A DNA stretch of 63,937 bases, filler included, from Basidiobolus meristosporus CBS 931.73 (GCA_002104905.1; 4 parts of 4 records of this genome joined end to end with filler, not necessarily neighbours in it); one strand, 5' to 3'; positions 32,400-46,946 are shown, numbered from the whole stretch's first letter. Notes: generated from the letters alone by a model not told the origin. Numbers and translations are program-made.

Positions 32400-35300
32400 A
32401 CTAGGTGTTAGAGTGGTAATATATCTCCAAAGATATAAATTTATGGAGAAACCTGTTGTTTATTTGATATGCTACTCATTGCAAGGATATTGTTATTAGC
32501 AGCCTAGCCAGTGATGGGGAATCTTATTTCAAAGCTTCTCTGTTAGTTAGTATCATTTTTAATTCATCCATGCAGTGAGATCATTAGTGTTGTGGTAATA
32601 TGCAACCCTGAGGACCTGTGTCACATCTATAATTTTTGCACAGACAGACCACAATACTCAGACTAGAGTATCTGAGGACATTATTCACCGCAAATAAAAT
32701 ATTACAGTATGGATAAGACTGTTGTCTTCAGATATTCAAAGTAGATGGCATAGGGCTCACTCCAATTTTAGAAAATACCTTGTAGTAGTTGAGGAGTATT
32801 ACTCTTCTCACACTGTTCTTATGAAGTAGCCAACAAGGTCAATCCTCACTTAGTAGAAGTGCTAGTAAGCTAGTATATGTGCTGTTTTCAGCATCTTTTA
32901 ATGCCAGCTAAATCTATTGCAGGTGGCACATCTTAGTAATGCATTCATGATGTTAGTCATGATCCTTTTCCATTGAAATCTTTTACTTAACCTCTTGTAT
33001 GCTTTAGGGGGCTAGCAAGTTCTAGTAACCTATGTATTTTGCCTGTTACTTCTTCACAGGCAGCTACTTGGGGTACCATGTCTCTGAACTCCCCTTGAAG
33101 GAATTGTATTTGATTTTCTTGTACATCATTCTATTGCCACTTTCTTTATTATTCTTTCTTCCAATTGTTTTTATGGCATATGCAAGATACTACTCCCTCT
33201 TTTTAAAGCAGGTTGCATTCATGCAACTGTCTCTGATATGAGCCTGGCAAACTTGAATATTGCTAAGGAAGTCCACATAGTGATGTTTCTTGCCATGGCA
33301 GTGAATTATTTCAAAGATGTATTCCAGCTGTTGGAGGGCCCGATGTGCCAGCTGGCCAGTGAAGTCATTAGTATTCATCAGCCTACCAGTGCACTGAACT
33401 GAGTTGTTGTTGTGCTTTGGCAACCATAAAAGTGCATATGGGATTGTTTAATTACACTAGTAGCATTCAATTATTTTATCTTGTTAATGGGACAATTATG
33501 TTTGTGTTTGGTTTGTAAACAGCTCATGTAGCCCCTTAAGTGGAATTAGCCTAAGACTTGTAGACTATGATTCTGGTGACTATGTAGAGTGTGTGTTTTG
33601 TGTAATTATAGCAGTGTCATTCAGCTATGTGGTCATATTAGCTATTGCAGCTGAGATCTCTCATAAATAGAAATCTCAAAAATGAAACTCATCAGATTAC
33701 ATGTATGCATTCTACTGATATTCTCACATAAGCTTACCAGTATTCTGCTGGTGCTTTTCCTTCAAGCCTTTGGCTCCAATATCAGGGCCAATTGGTAGGA
33801 AACTGAGTACCATAACTACCAACAATGCTTGTTGGTCTTGACTCTTCCTTGATATTATAGCTACAATTATGCCAAGTATTTATGGCCTGATATATTATGT
33901 GTTTACATTTCAAGAATCTTAGAGCTCATCTTATAATTTCATTGTCATCAACTGGCTTTCTCTTGTTTTTCTCTCAGGTAGGATGTTGAATATTTCCTTA
34001 GCTGATGGTACTATCAATATCTTTTTAGTCCCTATGAGAGTAATTTGGCTCCACAGGTAGATCCACTCTGGATCAGCCACCAGGATCTCACATAAGGGCC
34101 ATTAAAATGCCAGCAGCTTGTAATGACTTATGCATTTTACAATCTTGTGAGAATATAGCAATGGTGTTATGCAGTATTCATAATTAAATACAGTATCAAA
34201 CCTGACATTATTAAAATGGACTTCTTGTGTGGCTTGCATGGCACTTGAACAGTCTTACAACAGTCTGCAATTATATGAGAGAACCTAACAAGCCAATCTA
34301 TACAGTTCCCATATATGGTCAAGAGCTTGATGGGGCATTGACTGCATATGTGGGGCCTCTGTTAGTATTGTTGTAACAGTACACTGGCCCACAGCTATGC
34401 CTTTAGAATGCTGCATTACCAATTTACCAAAGGGTATTTCACTTTTCCACTGCCTCCTTCTGTCATTGATATACTCTACTGTAGCATCACACATCATTAT
34501 TTGTTTACCCACTGCCACTATTGATATTTCATACATGGTTTAAATAACAAACTATGGCATCCTGCTTATTGACCACTATACATGTAATCCTCTTGATGAG
34601 ATTAATGTTGAAATATTTGAGAGATTTACTAGAAGTGAATATTCAAGTTAGAAGATTTGCATAATATTTACCTGTTATTTGATTGAGTTACAGCCCAGTA
34701 TTTATGTATATTGCAATACAACATAGATGTGCCAATTTGATCATTATTAAGGGTATTTCAAGGGTACATGTGCCAAGTTCCAGCTCATTTGGACAAGTTT
34801 CAGATTTTCCTAAGATTCTGTAATTCACTAATTTCTGATACTTAGCAAGTAACTTACAAACCAATGACAAGTAAATAATATGAGATACAATACTTAGCTA
34901 AGAGCTAGCTCACAGTATATCAATAATGAGGTGGATTCCAAATTATTTCAACAATTGGCAAATGGCAGTACTTGTAACCTGGCACATCTTCCTATCCCCC
35001 CACACGTAGAGTTTGTAGGAAACTCCCAGAAGGTGAAGCAAAGTCCAATATTCTCCACACACCAAGCAAGATAGATTATAGAGGTATCACCATAGGGGCA
35101 GAGATATATGCACCCTGCTTTATACTAGTAATACAATGATTCAAGTCCTGACATGAACTCCTTGCATAAAAGCTGGAGATGCTTAAAGCTAGCATTGGTA
35201 ATCTATTACTGAATTAGTATTTCTACAATGCTAACATATGGCTCCCATTGCTTTCAGTGTACTCTGGGTAAAAATTGTTTTGGATATCAACTTTTACAAA

Positions 35301-35600
35301 TGCATATCCACTTCATTCAGTCCTTGCATCCATTTTGCCACATGGAGCTGTTAACATTGATTGAAGCTAGTGAGCAGAACATAGGGTAGCATATAATCTG
35401 TGATATCTTGTTAGTTTGTTCAAGTTTCTCCAGCATCTCAAAGGATGCATTTAGATTGAAATGTCCCATATGCACCAAGATTGTAATATTGCAATACTGC
35501 TGAAGTGCAAATACATTGTTACTAGTGGTAAGCTTTTGCTCCAGCTAATTCCCTCTATCTTGGGTATCTTCAGATTGGAATAATATCATATTCTTGTTAA
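32400..35600 (-). pseudogene. Very decayed Ty3/gypsy of a different family
   Basis: ORF 33190..33423 contains TGQLAHRALQQLEYIFEIIHCHGKKHHYVDFLS (gypsy RNase H 'RLARW..LQEY.FEI.H..GK.H..AD.LS'). An IDLVG integrase-like stretch lies near 32830. Boundaries approximate. Confidence 0.45.
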
Positions 35601-35745
35601 TGGCATATAGCTTCCCACCTTTGCTACTGCTGCATGATGACTGCTCTACATTCTGTCTGTGTCATGATAATGCTCTTACTTTTGGGATTTAGATAAATGT
35701 AATGCAGGCGTGCTTTGGAGTAGGTCCCCCAGATCTCACATATGT

Positions 35746-36345
35746 AGTTACAAATGTTATATAAGAGTTGTGAAGAAATGGAAGGCTTAGCTAGTATTGT
35801 ATTTACTAGAACTTGCACTAATCTGTGTTGAGATTCCAGCAGCCCCTTACATAGATTTTGCCAGATCAATTGCTGACTAATTGTATTTTCCAATGTAGGT
35901 TGTGGCTGATGGCCCATCTAATTGCATCATCATCACCCAACTAGAACTCACTTGATATACCCATATCTGTCTGACAAGGATCTGATGATCCGTCTGATGA
36001 CTAATACTATGGATTTGATAGATATTACTGATGTACAGATAAGCTAATCATAAAACTACCTGCTTTGACTAAAAACTGATCTAACTTAAATATTCAAGCA
36101 GCTGATCTTAGCACTCTTGCCAAATAAAGCTGAAAGTGTTCTTCTGTATCTCTTTTATTGTGATACCAGTATCTTAAAGGTTCAGCATTGTCAGTAAGTC
36201 TTGCAGGCTTTGGTCTGTCTCTGTGAACTAAATCTTCTTGAATATTTCCTTGTTGGTCCATTAGCTGGTAAGTTACAATGGACATTCTCCAATGATCTTG
36301 AAGGTCCATCCTTTGTGGCTCAAACTCTTCCAAGTGTTGTTTCTC
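35746..36345 (-). mobile_element. Ty3/gypsy family 1 integrase tail plus 3' LTR, cut by contig end
   Basis: ORF 36094..36333 ([21 protein letters not shown]) and LTR-like sequence ~35746-36112. Confidence 0.75.
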
Positions 36346-36445
36346 NNNNNNNNNNNNNNNNNNNNNNNNNNNNNNNNNNNNNNNNNNNNTTAATTAATTA
36401 ANNNNNNNNNNNNNNNNNNNNNNNNNNNNNNNNNNNNNNNNNNNN
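36346..36445. other. Artificial contig linker
   Basis: 44 N + TTAATTAATTAA + 44 N. Confidence 0.95.
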
Positions 36446-36929
36446 AGTGTCACCTTGTTAGTAGCGTGTAAATCTATGGCATACTCTTTGTGTTGAAGAA
36501 TTTTCTCCTTGAACAATGCTTGCTTGATATAGACTTTCCTCTAATAATCTTCTCTAAGGATTCCTATGCTGCTTTGGCAGCATTTGATGCATAATTTTGC
36601 CCACTGAAGGAGTCTCACACAATAATACATTGTTATGATCTACAGCTTCAATATTCAAATTGGATTGTTTTTGGCCTCTCTCAGTTTGTCTTATGCTTTG
36701 CCTATCAGAATATCAGTGTTACCTATCAAATCAGTAGTATTTGTCAGCAGATGTATCTGAAGATCCTCATACAACAGAAATACATGTATTATGCAAGATC
36801 TAATTGGGTGATGATGATGCAATGAAATGGCTCATTGTACCCTATGAAGACTATTATGATGATATCACCAAGAGGCAGTCACTGAATCTAAGTCTTCTGA
36901 CTAAGAAGTATCAATCCCATCAGGAAACC

Positions 36930-38322
36930 ATGCAAAGACTGTCAGAAAATTATCACACCCCAGATTCACCAAAAACTTGGTGAGAATTCTTCATCACAAT
37001 GCCACAAAAGTGGCTTTTGATTGGTTCTCTGCCAATGTTCCTGCTTTCCAATTCCAGACACTCTATGATGGCCCATATTTGTGTGCAGTGATTGGCTACT
37101 GCCTCTTTTCACCCTCCCTACTTTCTGACCCTACCAATTCTTTTACTCTTCATGCATACAAATTGATTTATTTGCATTGTAACTTCAGTTATACCTCAAT
37201 TGCCAATTATATGGACCTACACAAGTCCCTATGCCCTACACTCAACAGATAATTTCATTAAAAGCCACCACTCAATTAGTATAACTATTGTAACACTCTG
37301 TTTCCATGACTTTGGCAGGAGCCCTACAGCTTTATACTACTCTCCATTCACTGATGCCTTTACATCCTTGTCTTGAGCCAGCATTGCAAGGTCTAGCACC
37401 TCAAGTGCCAGCCATTGCAATAAATCCTTGTAATAATTAAGTGCATTCTCTGGAGCACTGTTCTCAATGAGGTGCTGTAGCCTCTTGGTATGCCTATTAA
37501 TGTTCTAAGATTCTACCAAAAGCATTGTAATAACCTTTTGAGTCTTGATGTTGTTACTTTATCTGTGAGTGGGATATCCACTCTGACTACTTTGGAGGAT
37601 GTCAAGGCTGTGGTAGACAAATTGCCTCTCTCTTCAAACTCATCTACCTCTCTGCAGTGTAGCTCAACTGCTTGAGCTTCCATCTCTTGTGAAAACAGCT
37701 GTTTTCTTGATTATAATTTCTCTTGGCTATGATGAATTGAGTCTGTTCCAGGCTTACAGCATTATTTGGCAAGAAATGCAGCTACTTTCTCACCATTCCC
37801 TGTCTCTGGCTGGTGACAACCTCGTTCTAGTTACCTTTTCCTTTATCACTGTTAGGTCTTTCACTGCTATATTATCTGGGTGCTTTTTGTGTTGACCAAC
37901 ATTTTCTCCTAGATAATAACTGCTCTGATGCATCTGTTTTGGCCTGTCAGTCCCTTGCTGGCAGTCTGTGGGCAGTCTGAAGCTTCTTTTCTGCTTGTTT
38001 CAAGTTCTCAGCCCTTGCTTTCATTGGCTCCTGAGGTGGTTGCTTGCTTTTAGCACTGCCAGGTTGTTCATTGCTACATTGACAAAGTGCTTCTTGAGAA
38101 GAAATACACTTTCCTTGGTAAGTGTTGTGCAGGTGCATCTACTTCTGCTTGCTTGTCCCTTATTGGCACTCTTCCAGCAACCTGATTTCTCTTTGATGCT
38201 TGTTTGGAGCTTTCAGCCCTGTTTGTAACAGGCTCTTGAGGAAGCTTCTGGCTTTTAGCCATTACGCGCTTGTTCTTCTGCCTTTGATAGTTTCTGCTGC
38301 CTTTGAGATACTTTCTTAGCAT
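36930..38322 (-). pseudogene. Unclassified repeated ORF family copy, interrupted by the intact gypsy and continuing at 43261-43610
   Basis: ORFs 37947..38322 (LPQEPVTNRAESSKQASKR) and 43266..43526 (PLKIHEAVECNDEK) match 1216-1900; the sequence is continuous across the GCAT target duplication. Confidence 0.6.
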
Positions 38323-41300
38323 TGTTATGATCTGCCGCTTGAATGTTTAAGTTAGATCAGTTTTTAGTCAAATCAGTTAGAATATGTTTAGGTTATCAGT
38401 ACATCAGTATAATCTATGAAATCAGTAGCATTAGTCAGCAAATGAATCAGCAGATCCTTATCAGACAGAAATAGATATATTAAGTAGGATCTTATTGGGT
38501 GATGATGATGCAATCAAATGAGTCATCAGCCACAACCTACATTAGGAAATACAATTAGTCAGCAATTGATCTGGCAAAATGTATATAAGGAGCTGCTGGA
38601 ACCTCAATAAAAATCAGTTCAAGTTTTAGTGAATACAATACTAGCTAAACTCCCTATTCCTCTACAACTCTTATACCAAGACTTGTAACATTGGTAGCAG
38701 CGATAACCAGAAACCTCCCTCCTGAAGAAAGAAGAAACCACCCTCAAGATGTCGGACAATCAAGAATGGAAGAATGCCATGCAGCAAATCCTGGCCCAAC
38801 AGCAACAGCTACTCCAGATCCTCAGCCAACAGCAACAAGGAATGACTACCATGGCTCAGAGCCAGCAAAGCCCTGTCAAGAGCAACTTTAGTGTGAAGGT
38901 CAACCGGTACCATGGCAGAGTCAATGAAAACCTGGGAACTTGGCTCTTTCAGATTGAAGAAGCTTTTAAAGCTAAAGGAATTGCTCCAGAGAGCAAGTTG
39001 CATTATGCAGCTTCTTACCTGGCAGATGCAGCTTTACAGTGGTACCACAACAAGATCAGGTCAGCTACTATGATGGGATGCTCTACAATCTCTACCTGGG
39101 ATGAGTTTGTGTCGGAAATTCAGGATGCTTTTGAACCTCCACACCAGCAGACACTACTAAGAAGGAAGTTAAAGACACTCAGACAGAAAGGAATGGTGCA
39201 AGAATACATCTATGAGTACAGATGTCTACTTGGACAAATTGAAAGAATGGACCCCTTGGATCAAGTTGAATACTTTATTGATGGGTTGAAAGAAAGAACT
39301 CGCAAGGAAGTCAATTACCGAAGACCTCAGACTATTGAAGAAGCCATCAAGATTGCCATTGACTATGACTCAGCTATGTTTGGAGTTGGGAAGCCTACAG
39401 TGACTAGTCAGAAAGGCTATAATCATTATGAAAGAAGACAATCAGAAGCAGTACCAATGGAAATAGATGCTATGCAGAAGAATCCCTCCTCAGAAGAATG
39501 CAAGAAGAGAGGACTTTGCTTCAATTGCCACCAGCAGGGACATATTGCAAAGTACTGCCCTCAGAGAAGAAATGGACACCAGCCAACAAGAACCTTCAAC
39601 CATATTGAGTCCCATGAACACAATAATGAGGAAGATGAGCTTGAAGAAGACTCGGAACTCACCTTCCATATGACAGAAGAGTACTTGTCCCAAATGACTT
39701 CAAACTCAGGGAAGTTATTGTACCTGAATGGAGCAATCAATGGAGTACCTGCCAAGATCATGATTGACTCAGGAGCATCGCATGAGTACATGTCAGAGCA
39801 ATTTGCTTTGAAAGCTGGAATCAACTCGGAACCTACCAAATCAACTTCAGTCTCCACAGCTGATGGGAACTCCCACATAATCAACCGTATTACCCAGCCA
39901 GTAAGAATGAAGATCAATGACTATGAAGAAGACCTACAGGCTTATATATTTGGGAACTGCAAGTTTGACCTTGTACTTGGGAAAACCTGGCTATTTTGTC
40001 GTAATCCATCAATCAACTGGAGAACCCATGCTACTCAGATCCAAAAAGACAACAAGACCTATGAGCTATTACCTGCCAGGCTGGATTTCAACTTGGTCAA
40101 TTCCAGTGTGTGTGAGACAAGTGAACTTAGCAAGACCCAGTTCTGTAGAGCACTTAGAAAAGGTACCGAGATGTTCCTCATGGCGGTATTACAGGAGGAT
40201 TCCTCTACCCCAGCACCCCAGCAGGTCCAGACTCTCTTGAAGAAATACTCAGACGTGTTTCCAGATGAGCTTGTAAGCCTACCACCAGTCAGAGACGTGG
40301 ATCATGCCATTGACACAGGAGATAGCCCTCCAGTAAGCAAGACACCTTACAGAATGAGTCCATTGGAATTGGAGGAAATGAAGAGACAAATTGATCAGCT
40401 ATTGGAGCAAGGATACATCAGGCCCAGCAAGTCACCCTGGGGAGCACCAGTGCTTTTTGTGAAAAAGAAGGATGGAACACTTAGGATGTGCATTGACTAC
40501 AGAGCCCTGAACTCAGTTACCGTCAAGAATAAGTACCCCATACCTCGGATTGATGAGCTTTTAGACCAACTTAATGGAGCCACTATTTTCAGCAAGATTG
40601 ACCTCATGTCAGGATACAACCAGATTAGGGTAAAACCAGAAGATATCCCTAAGACAGCATTCAGGACCAGATATGGACATTACGAGTACTTAGTCATGAG
40701 TTTTGGCCTCACTAATGCCCCTGCAACATTCATGATGCTGATGCAGACTGTCTTTCAGGAGTACTTAGACAAGTTTGTGATAATCTACCTGGATGACATA
40801 TTGATATACAGCAAGACAGAAAAGGATCACATGGTACACATTGAAAAGGTGTTGAAGAAACTAAGAGAGAACAAGCTATATGGCAAGCTAGCCAAGTGTG
40901 AATTCTTCAAGGAACACGTAGAATATCTGGGACACATAGTGACTAGCACAGGAGTAACCTTAGACCCCAAGAAGGTGGAAGTAATCAAGAATTTGAAGCA
41001 GCCCCATAGCATATCAGAACTCAGATCCTTCCTTGGAATGGTTTCCTATTATCGGAGATTTGTCAAGTCATTTGCAAGTATTGCAGCCCCTTTAACTGAT
41101 ATCCTCAAGAAAGACAATACCTACAAGTGGGACATAGCTTGTGAGACTGCCTTCCAGACACTAAAGAATGAACTTGCTAAGCTGCCAAGCTTAAGAATAC
41201 CAGACTTCAGAAAAGAGTTCACTCTGTGCACAGATGCTTCAGATTATGCAATTGGTGGAGTGCTGAGCCAAGAACACGAGGGAAAGGACTACCCTGTTGC

Positions 41301-43260
41301 CTTTGAATCCAAGAAACTGAACTCAGCAGAACAAAACTATCCAGTTCATGAGAAGGAGATGCTTGCTATAATACACTGTTTGAAGACATGGAGATGCTAT
41401 ATTGAAGGAGTCAAATGCACTGTGAAGACTGATCATGCCTCCCTCAAGTATATATTTACTCAGAAGGTACTCTCTAGAAGAATGACAAGATGGAGTGAAT
41501 ACATTCAGCAATTTGACCTGGAGATTGTCTACTGTCCTGGAAAAAACAACACGGTTGCTGATGCCTTATCAAGATTAGATCAAGTTGCACAACTCAACTT
41601 GGTGCATGAATCAGATTGGCCTAGCCTATTACCAAAGTACTTGGAGGACCAAGCCATTCCTAATGAGGTGGATGAAGATATCAAGAAGATAATCCGTGAT
41701 GAGGCCAGCAAATTTGTTGTACAGAATGAAACACTCTACCGAATTGTTGATGGAAGCCCTATTGCCTATTGTCCTTATGTTGCTCGCCTGGATTTAATAC
41801 ATAAGCTACACAATGGATATGGACATCTTGGGATTGAAGGAACCTATAGCCTTGTAAAAGCCAGAGCATGGTGGCCCAGAATGAAACAAGACATTGAGAA
41901 GCTAGTAAAAACATGCCCAAACTGCCAAATCAATCAAGGCCAGCCACAAAGAATTGCCGAACTCTTCCCTTTGGAGCCTGTAAGACCATTTGAGAGATGG
42001 GGAATTGACTTTATTGGAAGACTGCCAACTACCAGGAAATGCAACCGTTGGATCCTAGTAGCAATTGACCATGCCACTAAATGGCCAGTTGCTAAAGCTG
42101 TACCAATAGCCAGTGAACAAGAAGTTGCAAGTTTCATTTACCATGAGATCCTGATGAAGTTTGGATGCCCTGTGGAGATCTTATCCGATAGAGGTGCAAA
42201 CTTTATGGCAAAGACATTAGAGGCTTACCTGGAAATGCAGCAGATCAGACACTTGAAAACCTCGGCATATCACCCCAGAACTAATGGAGTCACTGAGCGG
42301 TTTAATGGATTATTTGGAAAAATGCTGACCAAGTATGCAAATGGAGTTGTCAGTAGATGGGATGAGTATATAGACCAAGCACTCTTTGCATGCAGAGTCA
42401 GAGTACACAACACCACCCAGCAATCACCATTTTACTTAGTTTATGGATGTGAACCAAGGATTCCAGGAGATCTCACACAACCAAAGCTTACAGACACCTT
42501 AGAAGATGAACTCAGTCAGCCAAGTAGACACCAGCAACTGGAACAAAGACGTCAAGAGGCACAGACCAAAGTATCTCAAAGTGCAGAAAAGATGAAGCAG
42601 AGATTTGATAAGACTATAGCACCAGAAGCATTGACAGTTGGGAACTTTGTATTGCTAAGAAACAACACTCGGAAGAAGTTTGAGCCACAATGGACAGGAC
42701 CATTCAAGATCATCAGAGAATGTCCATTTGCAACTTACCAACTGGTGGACAAACAAGGCAATATCCGGGAAGACTTAGTGCATAGGGACAGACTCAAGCT
42801 TGCAAGACTTGCTGATAATACTGAACCATCAAGATATTGGTATCACAAGAAAAGAGATTCAGGAGAACCCTCTCAACTTTAGTAGGGGAGAATGTTATGA
42901 TCTGCCGCTTGAATGTTTAAGTTAGATCAGTTTTTAGTCAAATCAGTTAGAATATGTTTAGGTTATCAGTACATCAGTATAATCTATGAAATCAGTAGCA
43001 TTAGTCAGCAAATGAATCAGCAGATCCTTATCAGACAGAAATAGATATATTAAGTAGGATCTTATTGGGTGATGATGATGCAATCAAATGAGTCATCAGC
43101 CACAACCTACATTAGGAAATACAATTAGTCAGCAATTGATCTGGCAAAATGTATATAAGGAGCTGCTGGAACCTCAATAAAAATCAGTTCAAGTTTTAGT
43201 GAATACAATACTAGCTAAACTCCCTATTCCTCTACAACTCTTATACCAAGACTTGTAACA
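38323..43260 (+). mobile_element. Intact Ty3/gypsy LTR retrotransposon (family 1)
   Basis: 368-bp LTRs (38323-38690, 42893-43260), identical by eye, TGTTA..TAACA. PBS TTGGTAGCAGCG at 38691-38702; PPT AGTAGGGGAGAA at 42881-42892; 4-bp TSD GCAT. Confidence 0.96.
38749..42882 (+). CDS. Gag-Pol polyprotein (gag, CCHC, protease, RT, RNase H, integrase), single ORF of 1377 aa
   Basis: [14 protein letters not shown]; protease IMIDSGAS; RT YLDD; RNase [11 protein letters not shown]; integrase HNGYGH..CPNC, WGIDFIG, SDRG, ERFN; WTGPF tail. Order PR-RT-RH-IN. Confidence 0.96.
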   Translation: MSDNQEWKNAMQQILAQQQQLLQILSQQQQGMTTMAQSQQSPVKSNFSVKVNRYHGRVNENLGTWLFQIEEAFKAKGIAPESKLHYAASYLADAALQWYHNKIRSATMMGCSTISTWDEFVSEIQDAFEPPHQQTLLRRKLKTLRQKGMVQEYIYEYRCLLGQIERMDPLDQVEYFIDGLKERTRKEVNYRRPQTIEEAIKIAIDYDSAMFGVGKPTVTSQKGYNHYERRQSEAVPMEIDAMQKNPSSEECKKRGLCFNCHQQGHIAKYCPQRRNGHQPTRTFNHIESHEHNNEEDELEEDSELTFHMTEEYLSQMTSNSGKLLYLNGAINGVPAKIMIDSGASHEYMSEQFALKAGINSEPTKSTSVSTADGNSHIINRITQPVRMKINDYEEDLQAYIFGNCKFDLVLGKTWLFCRNPSINWRTHATQIQKDNKTYELLPARLDFNLVNSSVCETSELSKTQFCRALRKGTEMFLMAVLQEDSSTPAPQQVQTLLKKYSDVFPDELVSLPPVRDVDHAIDTGDSPPVSKTPYRMSPLELEEMKRQIDQLLEQGYIRPSKSPWGAPVLFVKKKDGTLRMCIDYRALNSVTVKNKYPIPRIDELLDQLNGATIFSKIDLMSGYNQIRVKPEDIPKTAFRTRYGHYEYLVMSFGLTNAPATFMMLMQTVFQEYLDKFVIIYLDDILIYSKTEKDHMVHIEKVLKKLRENKLYGKLAKCEFFKEHVEYLGHIVTSTGVTLDPKKVEVIKNLKQPHSISELRSFLGMVSYYRRFVKSFASIAAPLTDILKKDNTYKWDIACETAFQTLKNELAKLPSLRIPDFRKEFTLCTDASDYAIGGVLSQEHEGKDYPVAFESKKLNSAEQNYPVHEKEMLAIIHCLKTWRCYIEGVKCTVKTDHASLKYIFTQKVLSRRMTRWSEYIQQFDLEIVYCPGKNNTVADALSRLDQVAQLNLVHESDWPSLLPKYLEDQAIPNEVDEDIKKIIRDEASKFVVQNETLYRIVDGSPIAYCPYVARLDLIHKLHNGYGHLGIEGTYSLVKARAWWPRMKQDIEKLVKTCPNCQINQGQPQRIAELFPLEPVRPFERWGIDFIGRLPTTRKCNRWILVAIDHATKWPVAKAVPIASEQEVASFIYHEILMKFGCPVEILSDRGANFMAKTLEAYLEMQQIRHLKTSAYHPRTNGVTERFNGLFGKMLTKYANGVVSRWDEYIDQALFACRVRVHNTTQQSPFYLVYGCEPRIPGDLTQPKLTDTLEDELSQPSRHQQLEQRRQEAQTKVSQSAEKMKQRFDKTIAPEALTVGNFVLLRNNTRKKFEPQWTGPFKIIRECPFATYQLVDKQGNIREDLVHRDRLKLARLADNTEPSRYWYHKKRDSGEPSQL

Positions 43261-43639
43261 GCATACTAATGCATGCCCAAATGTGTTTCCTTGTATGAAT
43301 CAAAATTAAGACTCATGGAGCAAGTCAAGTATATACTGCTTGCCATAAGTCCCTGATGGTCACATGGTGTGCTGGCCTGAAGGTATTGGCAAGATAGACT
43401 TCTAATGGCCTCTTCAATATTAGTGCACTTTTCATCATTGCACTCAACAGCCTCATGGATCTTCAATGGTTTTTGATTGTTAGGCTTTGAAATACACACT
43501 ACTTTTTCAACCTCCCAAGCTGTCATGGGTTTTTGTGTGGCTTTTAACTTTGGGTACTATTGTTGTGATTCAAACACTGAATGGTGTTCTTCTGCTGTTA
43601 TTGACAATGTATTGACCTATTTGGTATCATTATGCAGGT

Positions 43640-45359
43640 ACTGCCAAAGCTGCATGGGAATTCTTAGGGAAGATCTCTAGAGCAAAGTCAGTATCAAGCT
43701 AGCTTTATTTGAAACAAAAGTTCCTCAACATGAGTAAGAAGCCAGATGATGACATGCTACAACTCATACCAGAATGAAGACACTTGCAGAAGGACTTTGG
43801 AGTACTAAAGCAGGTGTAGATGATGAAGAAAAGATTCTCTGTCTGCTTTGCATCCTACCAGACAAGTATGAGCTACTCATACCTTCTTTTGAAAGCAGTG
43901 AAGACAACTTGACTTTAGAATATGTCAAAGGACAACTTTTTCATGAAGAACCTAGATGTAATGATCAAGCAAGGAAAATGAAGACAATGCTTTATTCAGC
44001 TCAGAAAGGCACTCAGAAAAGTAGGGAATACAACAACAACAAAGAAAACCTGGTTGTTGTAACTGGAAGCCAGCACACTGGGCAAGAGAATGCAAGAAGA
44101 AACAAGCAGACAAAAAACTGAAGCTGGAGCAGGCAAACCATATATCTACTGATGAAGGGTTATTTGGAACTGTACAAAAGAGTGCAAGTGACCAAAGTAA
44201 TGAATGGTCTATTGACTCTGAAGTATTACAGCATATTTGGCGTATAAAGGAGTTGCTGAGCAACTTAAAGACTATTCATGTAAGAAAGGTTTCTCTGGTA
44301 GACAACTCTGCACTGGAAGCTACTGCCAGTAGGTCTATACTACTTAATATGAGTCATATCTCAGGGGCTACAACAGCAAAACTGACTGATGTACTCTATG
44401 TACCTGGAATTGCTAAGAACCTACTATCAGTCACTAAAGTAGCTGCTCAGGGACTGAAATTTGTTTTTACTAAGCTGAACTGCTTAATGTTGAGGGAAAA
44501 TGGACAAAATTTGCTTTGGGAATCAGAGATCACAATGTATACAAGTTACAATGCAAGAAAATTGTACCTAAGTATGCCAACATTGCTGAAACTGTTGAAA
44601 CTAACTGGGACATGTGGCTTAGGAGGCTAGGACACATTGTTGAACAGAAAATGAGCCAATTGGTGAAAAAACAGCTTGTTTTAGGCCTAAATTACTCAAT
44701 TCCATTCACACTGAATGTCTGTAAGAGATGCTCATATGGCAAACAAGCTAGGCATGTTTCAGGAGCTCAAGAGGCATCAACACCACCAAAACATGGACTA
44801 TTGTACACTCAGATATATGTGGGCACATGAGAACATGGTCTTTTGGAGCCAATAGATACTTTATGAAGTTTCCTGAGGACAGGACAAGATATACATGGGC
44901 ATACTTCCTCAAAACACAGGATGATGCTTTAGAGATTTTAAACACTTGAAAAACATACTTCAACAGACCACTGTTCTGCATACTGCACAGCAAAATCTAA
45001 TAGCTGAACATGCAAATAGAACAAATGTTGAGATGGGAAGATCTATGCTATATGATAATGGAACAGACTACAAGTTTTGGGCTGAATCTGTTGCTACCAC
45101 AGTATGCATCAAGAATAGATGCCCAACAGCAGCACTGCATGATTCTACATCCTTTGAAGCATATACAGGCAAAAAACCAAACCTCCAGTATCTCAGGAAC
45201 TTTAGCAGTTGTGTCTTTTATTGCATCCCTGACAAAAAACACTTAAAGCTGGAACCAAAGAGTAGAAAAGGGATCTTTTGTAGGTGTTGTGATGATACTA
45301 AAAGGTATAGAGTGTATGATGGCAGATTTCAGAAGCTGATCAAGAGCAGAGACATTTTA
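43640..45359 (+). pseudogene. Decayed copia family 2 (gag to integrase), cut by a gypsy LTR
   Basis: ORFs 43774, 44253, 44516, 44946 (DVLYVPGIAKNLLS, WLRRLGH..CKRC, FWAESVATTVCIKNRCPT). Confidence 0.75.
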
Positions 45360-46946
45360 CTTCATAATCCACCGCTTGAAAATTTAAGTTAGATTAGTAT
45401 TTAGTCAAATCAATTAGTTATATGTTTAGCCTATCAGTACATCAGTGTTATCTATCAAATCAGTAGCATTAGTCAGCAGATGAATCAGCAGATCCTTAAT
45501 AGACAGGAACAGACATATTAAGTGGGATCTTACTGAGTGATGATGATGCAATCAAATGAGTCATCAGCCACAACCTATTCTTGGAAATACAGTTAGTCAG
45601 CAAATGATCTGGCAAAAATGTATATAAGGAGCTGCTAGAACCCCAATAAAAATCGGCTCAAGTTGTAATGTATACAATACTAGCTAAGCTCCCTATTCCT
45701 CTACAACTCCTATATCAAGACTTGTAGCATTGGTAACAGCAATAACCAGAAACCTCCCTCCTAAAGAAAGAAGAAGCCTCCCTCAAGATGTTAAAAAATC
45801 AAGAATGCAAGAATGCCATGCAGCAAATCCTGGCCCAACAACAACAGTCACTCTAGATCCTTAGCCAGCAGCAAAAAGGAATGACTACCATGGCCCAAAG
45901 CCAGCAAAACCCTGTCAAGAGCAACCTTAGTGTCAAGGTCAACTGGTACCATGGTAGAGTCAATGAAAACCTGGGAACTTGGCTCTTCCAGACTGAAGAG
46001 GCTTTCAAGGCTAAAGGAATTGCTCCTGAAAGCAAGTTACATCATGCAGCCTCTTACCTGGCAGATGCAGCTTTACAATGGTATCACAACAAGATTGAGT
46101 CTGACATCATGATTGGATGTGCTATAGTCTCTACCTAGGATAAGTTTGCGTTGGAAATTCAGGATGCTGTTGAATCTCCACACCAGCAGACACTGCTAAG
46201 AAAAAAGTTGAAGACACTCAGAGAGAAAGGAATGGTTCAAGAGTTCATCTAAAATATGAATGTCTACTTGGACAAATTGAAAGAATGGACCCCCTGGATC
46301 AAGTTGAATACTTTATGGATGGGTTGCAAGAAAGAACTTGCAAGGAATTGAACTATCTAAAGCCCCAGACTATTGAAGAAGCCATCAAGATTGCAATTGA
46401 CTATGACTCATCCATGTTGGAGTTAGAAGCCCCGCAATGTCTATTCAGAGAGGCTACAATCAGCCAGAGCATGATGACCCAGAATGAAACATGACATTGA
46501 GAAGCTAGTGAAAACATGCCCATATTGCCAAATCAAACAAGGCCAACTACAGAGAATTGCTGAACTCTTCCTTTTGAAGCAGGTAAGACTATTTGAGAGA
46601 TGGGGATTTGACTTTATTGGAAGATGGCCAACTACCAGGAAATGCAAATATTGGATCCTAGTAGCAATTGACCATGGCACTAAATGGCCAGTTGCTAAAG
46701 CTCTACCTGAAGCTAGTGCACAAGAAGTTGCAAGCTTCATCTACTATGTAGTCCTGATAAAGCTTGAATGCCCTGTAGATGCTCTGTCTGATAGAGAGGC
46801 AAAATTTGCGGCAAAGACATTGGAAGCTTACCTGGATATATAAGGAGCTGCTAGAACCTTAATCGCAATCAGTTCAAGTTTTAGAAAATACAGTATCTGG
46901 CTAAACTCCCTGGTCCTCTACAGCTGTTATATCAAGACTTGAAACA
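45360..46946 (+). mobile_element. Internally deleted gypsy family 1 derivative (LTR, PBS, gag, integrase fragment, LTR 3' part)
   Basis: LTR ~45360-45729, PBS TTGGTAACAGC, gag homology to ~46440, jump to integrase (ORF 46484..46843), jump into LTR ending GACTTGAAACA at 46946. Confidence 0.78.

Noticed and set aside
42600-42882. Chromodomain at the gypsy integrase C-terminus
   Set aside because: The ORF ends shortly after the GPF/Y-type module with no chromodomain aromatic-cage pattern.
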